Source of the DNA: Candidatus Latescibacterota bacterium | Lineage (GTDB): Bacteria; Latescibacterota; UBA2968; GCA-2709665 | Direction of reading: 5' to 3' | DNA length: 64,000 bases | NCBI GenBank assembly: GCA_965205485.1 | Contig: OZ242180.1 | Span: 4,608,001 to 4,672,000 of the forward strand | In this document: piece by piece, positions 1-11,451 of the stretch | Layout of the letters: each line of letters opens with the position of its first letter | Numbering within the stretch: position 1 is the first letter of the stretch | Notes under the pieces: model-generated | The model's database searches: none | Seen by the model: only the letters and a program-made list of their open reading frames with translations | Told to the model about the DNA's origin: nothing | Program-made: the position numbers and the translations under genes

Positions 1-1
1 T

Positions 2-403
2 CCGGGCGTCACCGAAATCCCGGAAATCGGCGCATCTGTCGAGGCGAAGATCAGTCCGGCCGGCGATGTGCAAAAGGCAGACCTGTCGTCCGATCCGTTT
101 CGCGCCTGTTTCGATCGGGAAGCGGTCGCCGGTCGCCTGACACTCAGAAACCGGCGCCGTGCGGATCGTTTCGCGCCGTTCGGCATGGCTGGAACACAAA
201 AAGTAAGCGACCTGTTGATCAACCTCAAGATCCCCAGACCGCTGCGTGATGAAGTCCCGCTGCTACTGGGAGGAAAGGCCATCCTCTGGGTGGCCGGCTT
301 GCGTACGGCCCGGTCCACGGCCGTTACGCATCGGGCGAGAACGGTGCTGGAAGTCACCCTCAGGGGTGGCTGGGGAGAGATTCTCACCTCCTCGGGAGCA
401 TAA
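2..403 (+). CDS. tilS: tRNA(Ile)-lysidine synthase, C-terminal part (5'-truncated by window edge)
   Basis: Frame open from position 2. It carries the TilS C-terminal pattern [41 protein letters not shown]...ILWVAG and lies directly upstream of ftsH, a conserved gene order. Confidence 0.9.
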   Translation, partial: PGVTEIPEIGASVEAKISPAGDVQKADLSSDPFRACFDREAVAGRLTLRNRRRADRFAPFGMAGTQKVSDLLINLKIPRPLRDEVPLLLGGKAILWVAGLRTARSTAVTHRARTVLEVTLRGGWGEILTSSGA

Positions 404-420
404 TCGTCAAGGCGGTTCTT

Positions 421-2568
<2,148 letters not shown>

Positions 2569-2645
2569 ACTCAGTACTCGGGTTTCATTGAGGGATGGTA
2601 AAACGCCGTTTCATTTTGCCATCCCTTTGCATTTCCGGTGTCAGC

Positions 2646-3629
2646 ATGCAGTACATTAGATCCCCCGCCCGTCGGCTCGACTGCCGGGGAAACATCCTCC
2701 AACTGGGCTCACGGACCGTCATCATGGGGATTCTCAACGTGACGCCCGATTCGTTTGCCGACGGTGGACGTTATTTCGAGCCGCGGCAGGCCGTTGAACG
2801 CGCACTTCAGATGGCTGAAGAAGGCGCGGACATCATCGACGTGGGCGGCGAATCCACACGTCCGGCGGGAACTTACGGGGCCGGCGCCCAACCCGTCTCT
2901 GTGGATGAGGAAATCCGCCGTACCGCACCTGTCATCGAAGAAATCGCAGCCAGAACCAATCTGATCATCTCCATTGACACAACCAAAGCGCCTGTCGCGC
3001 AACACGCCTTACGGTTGGGCGCATCTATCGTAAACGACATCAGCGCCATGCGGTTCGACCCTCTCATGGGCGCAACGATCGCGCAATTTGACGCCGCGGT
3101 CGTTCTCATGCACATGAAGGGTACACCCCTGACCATGCAGATCGAGCCGGCGTATGACAACCTGATCCGCGAAATCCTCGATTTTCTCGACGAGCGCAAG
3201 ACCGCGGCCATCGGAGCGGGCATCGATCCCGGCCGGATTCTGATCGACCCGGGTCTGGGATTTGGCAAACAAAATGCCCACAATTTTGAGATTCTCGCCC
3301 GGCTTGAAGAATTCCATGACCTCGGCTGCCCTCTGATGATCGGCCCCTCGCGCAAGAAATTCACCGGCGCCGCACTGGATCTTCCGCCAGAGGCGCGACT
3401 GCACGGCACCCTGGCCGCCGTGGTCTTCTCCGCGGCTGCGGGGGCCCACGTCGTACGTGTGCACGACGCGGGTGCCGCAGTTCAAGCCGTACGTGTCGCG
3501 GAACAAATCGTGGCTGCCTCCGGTACAGTGTGCAGTACACCCGAGGGAATGCAACAGATTCATTCGGGCGCGGATACGTCTGGAAAAACCTCTGCCCGGG
3601 TAAGAAACCACATTCCCACTCCCTGTTAG
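2646..3629 (+). CDS. folP: Dihydropteroate synthase
   Basis: Motifs MGILNVTPDSFADGG, DVGGESTRP, IDPGLGFGK, SRKKF and VRVHD. Start is uncertain (ATG 2595 or 2646). Confidence 0.95.
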   Translation: MQYIRSPARRLDCRGNILQLGSRTVIMGILNVTPDSFADGGRYFEPRQAVERALQMAEEGADIIDVGGESTRPAGTYGAGAQPVSVDEEIRRTAPVIEEIAARTNLIISIDTTKAPVAQHALRLGASIVNDISAMRFDPLMGATIAQFDAAVVLMHMKGTPLTMQIEPAYDNLIREILDFLDERKTAAIGAGIDPGRILIDPGLGFGKQNAHNFEILARLEEFHDLGCPLMIGPSRKKFTGAALDLPPEARLHGTLAAVVFSAAAGAHVVRVHDAGAAVQAVRVAEQIVAASGTVCSTPEGMQQIHSGADTSGKTSARVRNHIPTPC

Positions 3630-3658
3630 TACACATACGACCTCGCGAAGGAACACCG

Positions 3659-4702
3659 ATGCCGGGAAAGTCAGACGCATACGCGGCCGCCGGCGTGAAT
3701 ATTGAGGGTGCCGATCGCACCAAGAGGGGATTCGCCGCATTGGTACGATCGACGTTCGGCCCGGAAGTACTTGCCGACATCGGCGGTTTCGGCGGCCTCT
3801 ATGCGCCTCAGTGGGATGCTTACCGTGACCCCGTCCTCGTGGCCGGGACGGATGGCGTCGGCACCAAGCTGAAAATTGCGTTTCTGACCGGTATCCACAA
3901 TACGGTGGGAGCCGACCTTGTCGCCCATTGCGCCAATGACATCCTTGTGCAGGGGGCACGTCCGCTCTTCTTCCTGGACTACCTCGCCATGGGGAAACAC
4001 GATTCCGCCGTGGCCGAGGCCGTCGTTGAGGGAATCGCAAACGGTTGTAAAGCCTGCGGATGCGCGCTGCTGGGCGGCGAAATGGCGGAAATGCCCGACT
4101 TCTACGCGGAGGGGGAATATGACCTGGCAGGGACGATCGTGGGCATTGTCAACCGGGAAGACATTCTGGACGGCTCCCGGGTGCAGCCGGGGGACAAACT
4201 CATCGCACTGCCGTCGTCCGGGCTCCACACCAACGGTTATTCACTGGCGCGCAGACTCCTGTTCGAAACCGCGGGATGGGACGTCGCCACACAGCTGGAC
4301 GAACTCGGCGGCACCATCGGCGAGACCCTGCTGGCTCCCCACCGGAGTTACGTTTCGTCCGTGTTCAGTCTCAGGGAAGCCGTGACCTTAAGGGGGATGG
4401 CCCACATCACCGGAGGAGGCATCGTGGATAACCTGCCACGCACTCTTCCGGACGGGCTTGGCGCACGTATTCTCAGGGGAACCTGGCCCGAACCGCCTGT
4501 GTTCAACCTCCTGCAGAGGGTGGGAGACGACATCCACGTCGACGAGATGTTTCGCGTGTTCAATATGGGCATGGGCATGGTACTCGTCGTACCGTCGGGT
4601 CAGGCAGAACAAGCGGTTGAGGAACTGAATCGACACGGTGATGAAGGCTACATTATCGGTGAAGTCGTCACCGACACCGCTTCCGACGTCCAAATCATCT
4701 AG
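3659..4702 (+). CDS. purM: Phosphoribosylformylglycinamidine cyclo-ligase (AIR synthetase)
   Basis: Motifs YAAAGVNI, GTDGVGTKL, GGEMAEMP, SSGLHTNGYSL, HITGGG and FNMGMG. Confidence 0.97.
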   Translation: MPGKSDAYAAAGVNIEGADRTKRGFAALVRSTFGPEVLADIGGFGGLYAPQWDAYRDPVLVAGTDGVGTKLKIAFLTGIHNTVGADLVAHCANDILVQGARPLFFLDYLAMGKHDSAVAEAVVEGIANGCKACGCALLGGEMAEMPDFYAEGEYDLAGTIVGIVNREDILDGSRVQPGDKLIALPSSGLHTNGYSLARRLLFETAGWDVATQLDELGGTIGETLLAPHRSYVSSVFSLREAVTLRGMAHITGGGIVDNLPRTLPDGLGARILRGTWPEPPVFNLLQRVGDDIHVDEMFRVFNMGMGMVLVVPSGQAEQAVEELNRHGDEGYIIGEVVTDTASDVQII

Positions 4703-4714
4703 CGGGAGTTAGCC

Positions 4715-4906
4715 ATGTTGCTGCGTATATTCCTTTTCGTCCTGTTTCTGGGGCTGGTATACCGCGTGTTTCGAGACGTTCTGCGCTCGTCGCTTCGATG
4801 GGCCTTTACGTCGAGAGACGGTTCCCGCCCCAACGGCAAGAAGCCATCCTGGCGAATCGATAAGGATCGGGTCACGGATGCCGAATTCCGGGACCTTGAC
4901 GGCTGA
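4715..4906 (+). CDS. Small single-pass membrane protein, hypothetical
   Basis: 63 aa with a GGGAG RBS, hydrophobic N-terminus and an acidic DAEFRDLD tail. It fills the purM-holA gap. Confidence 0.7.
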   Translation: MLLRIFLFVLFLGLVYRVFRDVLRSSLRWAFTSRDGSRPNGKKPSWRIDKDRVTDAEFRDLDG

Positions 4907-4918
4907 TAGACCTCGACC

Positions 4919-5947
4919 GTGGCCAAATCCAGAACCAGATCCCGCAACTCGCACGACAGACTGAACGCGCAGATCGAACGGGGCGAATTCGCGCCGCTGT
5001 ATCTGCTGCTCGGGTCTGAGAACGTCAGTAAGGAAGAAAGTCTGAAAGCCATCGTGGACGCCGCCGTCGATCCCGCGTCAGGTGCGTTCAACCTGGATAT
5101 CTTCCACGGCGAGGATATGGACGCGGCCGACGCAGTCGGCCGGGCAACCGCCTTTCCGATGATGGCGGCGCGGCGGGTTGTCGTGGTCAAGCGCCTGGAA
5201 CGCTTGCGTGACACCGAAGCGCGAACGCTCCTGCCCCTTATCGAAAATCCCGTTGAGACTACCGTTCTTGTATTCACCGCGGACAAACTGGACGGCCGCA
5301 AGAAGCTGTCCGTCGCATTGCGAAAGAACGCCGTTTCGGTGGAATTCAAGCCACCTTTCGAAAATGAGCTCCCTCAGTGGATTCGCAGACGGGCGGCTGC
5401 AATGAACAAGACGATCGAACCCGAAGCCGCGCACGTGCTTCACCTTTGCGTAGGGCCGAATCCGGGCGAACTGGTCAGTGAACTCCAAAAACTGGCCATT
5501 TATACGAATGGACGCGATACCATCACGCACGAAGACGTCGCCCAGGTGGCCGGCGCTTCGCGAAAAGCGACGGTGTTTGAACTCGCCGATGCAGTGGGGA
5601 AACGGAAAACCGGCGATGCACTGACCGTGCTGCATCACCTTCTTGACCGCGGCGACAGTCCGGTGGCAATCGTCGCGATGCTCGTACGGCACATCGGTAT
5701 TCTTCGCAAGGCCCGGTGGCTCAGGAATCAGGATCTGCCACGGTCCGAACTGGCAGGAAAACTGAAGGTTCCTCCATTCTTTGTTTCCAGATACCTCGAC
5801 CAGGCGGCCCGTTTCGACGAACAAAGCCTCTGGCACGCTTACGAAGCGCTCCTGAACGCGGACAATCGCCTGAAGTCCCGGTCTCGCGCCCCAGCCGCCA
5901 CGCTCACGCAACTCATCTGCCGCATGTGTTCCGGGCCGGCCGCCTGA
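4919..5947 (+). CDS. holA: DNA polymerase III delta subunit
   Basis: Motifs PLYLLLGSE, FNLDIFHG, PMMAxRRVVVVK, ELQKLAIY and VFELADAVG; typical length. Confidence 0.93.
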   Translation: MAKSRTRSRNSHDRLNAQIERGEFAPLYLLLGSENVSKEESLKAIVDAAVDPASGAFNLDIFHGEDMDAADAVGRATAFPMMAARRVVVVKRLERLRDTEARTLLPLIENPVETTVLVFTADKLDGRKKLSVALRKNAVSVEFKPPFENELPQWIRRRAAAMNKTIEPEAAHVLHLCVGPNPGELVSELQKLAIYTNGRDTITHEDVAQVAGASRKATVFELADAVGKRKTGDALTVLHHLLDRGDSPVAIVAMLVRHIGILRKARWLRNQDLPRSELAGKLKVPPFFVSRYLDQAARFDEQSLWHAYEALLNADNRLKSRSRAPAATLTQLICRMCSGPAA

Positions 5948-5998
5948 ACCGTTGCCGGTCCACCCCTGTACGCGGGTTCCCACCTGATTTTCTGATTC

Positions 5999-6027
5999 TT
6001 GACACGACCCCGAAAACTTGGTAGATT
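5999..6027 (+). promoter_or_regulatory. Sigma70-type promoter upstream of trxA
   Basis: TTGACA-N17-TAGATT. Confidence 0.7.
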
Positions 6028-6132
6028 TGACAATTCATGACGGGCCGGGACTCGACGGTTCGTTCATGTGGAACGTCGGTGAGACGGCTGGCGATGCAAA
6101 GCTGGAACACCAACCGTGAATTGAACACATTA

Positions 6133-6286
6133 GAAGCTGTCTTAAAATTCCCAGCGGACTTCGCACGGCTGCAAAAGCGCCGGTCGGCGTTGGTCAAACC
6201 CACCCAAGAGTGGCGAGGGGCGCGCCTCATAACCGCCGCTTTTTCGCTCGCGCTCGGGAACTCGCCGGTAATTTTAAAACAACTTC
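6133..6286. mobile_element. MITE-like non-autonomous element, 154 bp
   Basis: Imperfect terminal inverted repeats: AGAAGCTGTCTTAAAATTCCCAGCG versus the reverse complement AGAAGTTGTTTTAAAATTACCGGCG (21/25 match). Flanked by TTA on both sides, with no credible ORF. Confidence 0.75.
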
Positions 6287-6308
6287 TTAACGAAAGGCGG
6301 TGTGCGCG

Positions 6309-6632
6309 TTGGGCAATCCGATAACCATAACCGACGATAGCTTTCAGGCTGAAGTGGTCGAGTCCTCCCTACCGGTGCTCGTGGACTTCTGGGCCGTGTG
6401 GTGCGGCCCCTGCCGGATGGTTGCGCCGATCGTGGACGAACTCGCCGACGAATACGAGGGCCGGGTCAAGGTCGGCAAAGTCGACGTGGACTCCGAACAG
6501 AAAATCGCCGCCGACTACGGTATCCGCAGCATCCCGACACTGCTCATCTTCAAGAACGGCGAATTGGCCGAACAGGTTGTCGGTGCGGTACCGAAGAAAC
6601 AACTGGTTGAAAAACTCGAGGCCGTGCTGTAA
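6309..6632 (+). CDS. trxA: Thioredoxin
   Basis: [11 protein letters not shown] active site and IRSIPTL. TTG start after a GAAAGG RBS. Confidence 0.97.
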   Translation: MGNPITITDDSFQAEVVESSLPVLVDFWAVWCGPCRMVAPIVDELADEYEGRVKVGKVDVDSEQKIAADYGIRSIPTLLIFKNGELAEQVVGAVPKKQLVEKLEAVL

Positions 6633-6884
6633 GCAAGCGGACCGGCGTCCTGAGACGACCCGGGCAGGCACGATGCAATGTCTCCCCGGGCCATTGCCGG
6701 CCTCGAACCGGAACGGTTACCGCGCCCGTTGAAACGAGCCGGACGAACCCGGCCTCGTTGACGCGCCGGCGTGGGCGGAATCAGCGGCCGCGGTACGAAC
6801 CATGACCGTCACATCGATTACAGGGTGTGCCGCAGCAGGCACGCCCTGATTTTTGTATTCTAACAACCCGGGGAGTTCGCACGT

Positions 6885-7790
6885 ATGGAAATCGAAAAGG
6901 TCGTGATCCCGTTGGCAGGGATGGGCACAGGGCTCCTGCCAGCCACCAAATCGCAGCCCAAGGAGATGCTCCCGGTCGCGTGTAAACCCGTTGTCCAATA
7001 CGTCGTGGAAGAAATGGTGGACCAGGGCCTGACACGGTTCCTGTTTATCACCGGACGGGACAAACGGCCCGTGGAAGATCACTTCGATCGGGACCATGAG
7101 CTGTTGAATCGGCTTTCGGAAAGCGAGAATCGGGAACTGCTGGACGCGGTGGATTTCGGACGCGAGTCGGTGAGGTTTTTCTTTACCCGCCAACTCATCC
7201 CTCAAGGCCGGCACACGCCGCCGGGAATAGGAGACGCCATTGGCGGAGCCGAGGACTTCGCGGGAAACGACCCGTTCGTTGTGGCGCTCGGAGATACCAT
7301 AGTCAAGTCCGGCAGCCACGCGGGCCTGATCCGGAGGATGATCAGGTCCCACTTCCAGCACGATTCCCGATGTACCATCGCCGTTGTGGAAGTGGATCCA
7401 CTGGACGTGCCCAATTACGGCATTGTCAAGCCCAAAGGCCGAGCCAGTACGGACTTCGAAATCGAAAGCATCGTGGAAAAGCCATCCCCGGCCGAGGCGC
7501 CCAGTCGCCTTGCAGTCGCCGCCCGGTATGTGTTTCATCCCGAGATCTTCGACGCAATCCGGCACACCCTGCCTGGACAGAGCGGCAAACTGGAGTTGAC
7601 AGACGCGATAGCCACGATGATCAAGATGGGCGGAAAAGTACGGTGCGTCCGCCTGAAGAAAGAGGAGCTTCGCTATGGCATCGGCGACCCCGTATCCTAC
7701 TACAAGGCCTTCATCGACTTCGCCATATCGGACCAGCGCCACGGATATCTCATCCGGCAGCACATCCAGAAACAGCTGAGGGAATTCTGA
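6885..7790 (+). CDS. UTP--sugar-1-phosphate uridylyltransferase, GalU-like
   Basis: Motifs VIPLAGMGTGLLPATKSQPKEMLPV, FVVALGD, IVEKP and ELTDAI. The signature Arg is replaced by Gly, so the galU symbol is withheld. Confidence 0.88.
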   Translation: MEIEKVVIPLAGMGTGLLPATKSQPKEMLPVACKPVVQYVVEEMVDQGLTRFLFITGRDKRPVEDHFDRDHELLNRLSESENRELLDAVDFGRESVRFFFTRQLIPQGRHTPPGIGDAIGGAEDFAGNDPFVVALGDTIVKSGSHAGLIRRMIRSHFQHDSRCTIAVVEVDPLDVPNYGIVKPKGRASTDFEIESIVEKPSPAEAPSRLAVAARYVFHPEIFDAIRHTLPGQSGKLELTDAIATMIKMGGKVRCVRLKKEELRYGIGDPVSYYKAFIDFAISDQRHGYLIRQHIQKQLREF

Positions 7791-7792
7791 GT

Positions 7793-8851
7793 ATGCCGGG
7801 GGCATACATGAGCACGGCGCCCGGCAGAGCGGGCATCATCGGCAATCCCACCGATATGTACGGTGGCAGCGTCATCTCCTGTTCAACGCAGGAGCGCGCC
7901 GTCGTCCTCATCGAACCTGCCGACGTTCTGAGCTTCGAGGTCGCGGGCTGCCGCCGTGTGATCCAACCCCGGGATGAGTTGAAGCCTGACGGCGGATATT
8001 TCGACGTTGCGATGGCGGTTGTCGACTACCTCAACCTGAAGAACGCGCTGTTCTCCCTGCGCTGGGCTTGCGACGTACCGTTCCGGGCCGGGTTGTCGAG
8101 TTCATCCGCACTGATCGTATCCATTCTCAATGCCGTCCTGGCCTACACGGGCCGGTCCGTCCACATATACTACCGTGCGGAAATGGCACGCCATATCGAG
8201 CTACACTATCTGGTTCTGTGCGGCTACCAGGACGCATATATGTGCACGGTGGGTGGACTGAACTTTCTGGATTTCAGGGAAAAGCAGTTCTACCGGGCGC
8301 TGGCCGATGAACCCTACGCCACCGTCGAGCCCCTCGCGCCATTCATCGACGAATACCCCTTCGTCCTCGCCCACACGGGGATAAAACGCAACTCAGCCCG
8401 CGTACACCAGCCGATCCGGGAACGCTGGCTGGAAGGCGACCGGGAAGTCGTCCGCAGCTATCTGCGCATTGCCCACGTGGCTCGCATGGGAAAACGAGCC
8501 CTTCTGGAAGCAGACTGGCGGACCCTGGGCGAGCTGATGGCGGAGAACCACGACATCCAGCGTGAACTCGGCGGCTCCGGCCCTGAAAACGAACGCCTCA
8601 TTCAGGCCGCGCTGAACGCCGGGGCTCTCGGCGCCAAGCTGGCGGGTGCTGGAGCAGGCGGCACCATTATAGCGCTGGCGCCGGACCCCGAACCGGTAAT
8701 CCGCGAACTGAAGCGCGCCGGCGCCAGCCGAATCCTTTCACCCAGGCCGGGGCCGGGAGTCACCGTAACGCCGCTCAAGACCGACGCGGACAGGCGTACG
8801 GCGGAAGCGGAACTCATCGAACGCTCGCGTCAGGAGGATCTTGCAGACTGA
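7793..8851 (+). CDS. GHMP-family sugar kinase, glucuronokinase-like
   Basis: N-terminal PGRAGIIGNPTD, ATP loop VPFRAGLSSSSA, CGYQD and GAKLAGAGAGG. Starts 2 nt after the nucleotidyltransferase. Confidence 0.85.
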   Translation: MPGAYMSTAPGRAGIIGNPTDMYGGSVISCSTQERAVVLIEPADVLSFEVAGCRRVIQPRDELKPDGGYFDVAMAVVDYLNLKNALFSLRWACDVPFRAGLSSSSALIVSILNAVLAYTGRSVHIYYRAEMARHIELHYLVLCGYQDAYMCTVGGLNFLDFREKQFYRALADEPYATVEPLAPFIDEYPFVLAHTGIKRNSARVHQPIRERWLEGDREVVRSYLRIAHVARMGKRALLEADWRTLGELMAENHDIQRELGGSGPENERLIQAALNAGALGAKLAGAGAGGTIIALAPDPEPVIRELKRAGASRILSPRPGPGVTVTPLKTDADRRTAEAELIERSRQEDLAD

Positions 8852-8977
8852 AGGGGCCGGCGCCGCATCCGGATCGAAACGAAAAATCATGGGGCTGATG
8901 CCCTTGCCGATCCGGCCAAGTTTGTTTATCTTTAGCGCTAACCCATTCGCATCTCAGAAAGCGCGGAGACTCTCCCG

Positions 8978-10027
8978 ATGGCAATCCTGGCGGAAACGCT
9001 CCAGGAAACGTACGAACACATGGAGCGCAAACTCAGCGGTATCGTGCCGGATATCGAGCTGCTGTATAAAGCCGAACTGGTCTACGAGATCAACCGACTG
9101 AAGGAACAGCGGGGCGCCATTATCCTGGGTCACAACTACATGGAGCCGGCGCTCTTCCATACCGTGCCGGACGTGGTGGGCGATTCGCTGGAACTCAGCC
9201 GCAAAGCCGCTGAAACCGAATGCGACCCGATCGTCTTCTGCGGCGTACGATTCATGGCGGAAACCGCGAAGATCCTCAATCCGGACAAGACCGTACTCCT
9301 GCCCGCCAGGGTTGCGGGCTGCTCGCTTGCGGCAAGTATTACCGCCGAAGACGTCCGCCGGCTGAGACAGGAATACCCCGGCGTCCCCATCGTCACGTAC
9401 ATCAACACCTATGCGGACGTGAAAGCGGAATGTGACGTCTGCTGCACGTCCAGCAACGCCGCCAGGGTCGTGGAGTCGCTCGGCAGCGACACCGTCATCT
9501 TTCTTCCCGACGAATACCTCGCGGCCAACGTTGCGCAGGAAACCGGCAAGCGAATTGTCTTCCCCACGCGCGAAGAACCCGATCTGCCGCGCGCGGAACT
9601 GGAATACGAGATGATCGGCTGGCACGGCCGCTGCGAAGTGCACGAGAAGTTTACCGTCGACGACGTCTCCCACGTGAGGGAGCAGTTTCCGGGAGTGCTC
9701 GTTCTTGCCCATCCGGAATGCAGCCCCGAAGTTGTGGCCACATCCGACTTCTCCAGCAGTACCTCGAAGATGAGCGCCTTTGTGGAGGAGACCGACGCAC
9801 CCAGCTATCTGCTGCTTACGGAATGCAGCATGGGCGACAATATCATGGCGGATAACCCCGAAAAGGAAATGGTACGGCTCTGCAGTATCCGCTGCCCGCA
9901 TATGAACGAGATTACGCTGGAAGACACCCTGAACGCCCTGAAAAACAACGAGCAGATTATCGAAGTACCCGAAGATATCCGCATCCGCGCCAGACGCGCG
10001 GTGGACCGCATGCTGGAAATCGGTTGA
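8978..10027 (+). CDS. nadA: Quinolinate synthase
   Basis: Motifs ILGHNY, GDSLELS, FCGVRFMAETAK, GCSLA, YINT, CEVH, AHPEC and CPHMN. Confidence 0.96.
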   Translation: MAILAETLQETYEHMERKLSGIVPDIELLYKAELVYEINRLKEQRGAIILGHNYMEPALFHTVPDVVGDSLELSRKAAETECDPIVFCGVRFMAETAKILNPDKTVLLPARVAGCSLAASITAEDVRRLRQEYPGVPIVTYINTYADVKAECDVCCTSSNAARVVESLGSDTVIFLPDEYLAANVAQETGKRIVFPTREEPDLPRAELEYEMIGWHGRCEVHEKFTVDDVSHVREQFPGVLVLAHPECSPEVVATSDFSSSTSKMSAFVEETDAPSYLLLTECSMGDNIMADNPEKEMVRLCSIRCPHMNEITLEDTLNALKNNEQIIEVPEDIRIRARRAVDRMLEIG

Positions 10028-10049
10028 ATTTACAGACGGCCCGAGCCTC

Positions 10050-10080
10050 GGGGGCGGGGTTCTTATCCCGCCCTCTTTTT
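10050..10080 (+). terminator. Intrinsic terminator after nadA
   Basis: GGGCGGG/CCCGCCC stem followed by TCTTTTT. Confidence 0.7.
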
Positions 10081-10093
10081 GCGTGGACCTTCC

Positions 10094-11326
10094 ATGTCAC
10101 TCGATATTTGGATGTTTATCGGCCTGATCGACGCCTTCGAAGAAGAAGGCGCGGACCCCATCCTGGACCAGCTGGAGGGGGTGGGCATCGACACGATCGT
10201 GCTGGGCGACCTGAGATTCGGCTCGTCGCCGGCATATCCGCCCACGCCCGAACTCTATAGCGGATGTGAGACCCATCCGCCGGAACTGGCGCCCGAGGAC
10301 GTCCCCAGGTTTGAAACACTCCAACGTGCCGTTGAGCGGGCGAAAGACCGGAACTTCGGCGTGTATCTACACGATTGGCTTCAATCCGCCCCGGGCTGTA
10401 TCAACGATCCGGAAAAACTCAGGTACGGGCCCGCGCGCACGCGGGACGTCGTGCGGAGTTTTCCCGGGGTGGACGGATTCATCCTGGACGGACCAGAATG
10501 GGGGTACGAAATCGCGCCCGACCATCGGGGCAATCTGTTCAGGTGCGACTGCGACTGCTGCCGCGCGCGCGCCGCGGAATGGGGGTACGATTTTGACGTC
10601 CTGTGGCAGGCGCAGGCGCGCCTGAAGGACAGCCTTGGGAATCTCGGGAATCTGCCGCCGGGCCGCCGGGAACGCGGGCTGATTGACGGCCTCGACGTAC
10701 TTATATCCAACCCCGGCCTGTTCGACTGGTTCCGGTTCAAGACCGACAGCATCGAGCACTACGTTGGCGCATTTGCCGACACCGCCAGGTCGCTGGAGCC
10801 GGCGCGCAAGGTGGCCTGCGGCCCACGCCTGCCCGCCTTCGCGCCGCTTACTGGCTACAATTTCAGACGCCTTGCGGAAATCGTGGACTTCCAGTGCCCG
10901 AAACTCTATTTCTGGCAGCATGGGATCGATGGCCTTAAGGGTACTGTGTACCGCTGGGCGAAAACCCTCTGCGCCTGGAACCCCGGCATGACAGAACCCG
11001 AAGCCCTCGACCGCGTGCGCGAGCTGTTCGCCCTGTGGGTTCCCGGCGCTGGATGCCTCGCCGACCTGGACGCTCCGTTGCCGCCCGAGTTCTTCGAGCA
11101 GGTGGCCCTCAGCGAGATCAACAAGATGCGAGAGCGCCTGGGCGACGTCTCCCGCATCCGGCCCTGGATGGGCCTGCACCACGGTGGCGTCCGCATGGAC
11201 AGTGGCGAACTCGAACACCTGCTGCAAACCGTTGAACAGGGCGGCCTGACCACCCTGATCTATTGGCACTACAACGACATGACGGAATCCGACTGGCGCG
11301 TCGTTCAGGAGCTTGTCCGTTCCTGA
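10094..11326 (+). CDS. Hypothetical protein, possible glycoside-hydrolase-like TIM barrel
   Basis: Long ORF with VDGFILDGPE and a CDCDCC cysteine cluster resembling Cys loops of GH-like barrels. No firm family call. Confidence 0.7.
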   Translation: MSLDIWMFIGLIDAFEEEGADPILDQLEGVGIDTIVLGDLRFGSSPAYPPTPELYSGCETHPPELAPEDVPRFETLQRAVERAKDRNFGVYLHDWLQSAPGCINDPEKLRYGPARTRDVVRSFPGVDGFILDGPEWGYEIAPDHRGNLFRCDCDCCRARAAEWGYDFDVLWQAQARLKDSLGNLGNLPPGRRERGLIDGLDVLISNPGLFDWFRFKTDSIEHYVGAFADTARSLEPARKVACGPRLPAFAPLTGYNFRRLAEIVDFQCPKLYFWQHGIDGLKGTVYRWAKTLCAWNPGMTEPEALDRVRELFALWVPGAGCLADLDAPLPPEFFEQVALSEINKMRERLGDVSRIRPWMGLHHGGVRMDSGELEHLLQTVEQGGLTTLIYWHYNDMTESDWRVVQELVRS

Positions 11327-11451
11327 GTGTTCCTGACGTGGCAATCCAAGGAAGTTTCTTCGTCTTCTCGCTCTCACGGGCCGCCGAATCGAACAGACCG
11401 GCGGCCCATTGTCCATAATCACGATTACCCCGAGCCGGACCCCACGATCCC

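Noticed and set aside
6034..6300. Possible tmRNA, 6S or SRP RNA upstream of trxA
   Set aside because: There are no tRNA-like ends or tag peptide and no SRP loop motif. The long pairing is better explained by MITE inverted repeats.
6037..6324. 95-aa ORF before trxA
   Set aside because: It runs through the MITE, has no RBS or motif, and overlaps the trxA start.
7370..7792. N-terminal extension of the kinase ORF, suggesting a fusion
   Set aside because: It overlaps the nucleotidyltransferase in another frame. The kinase motifs begin after ATG 7793.
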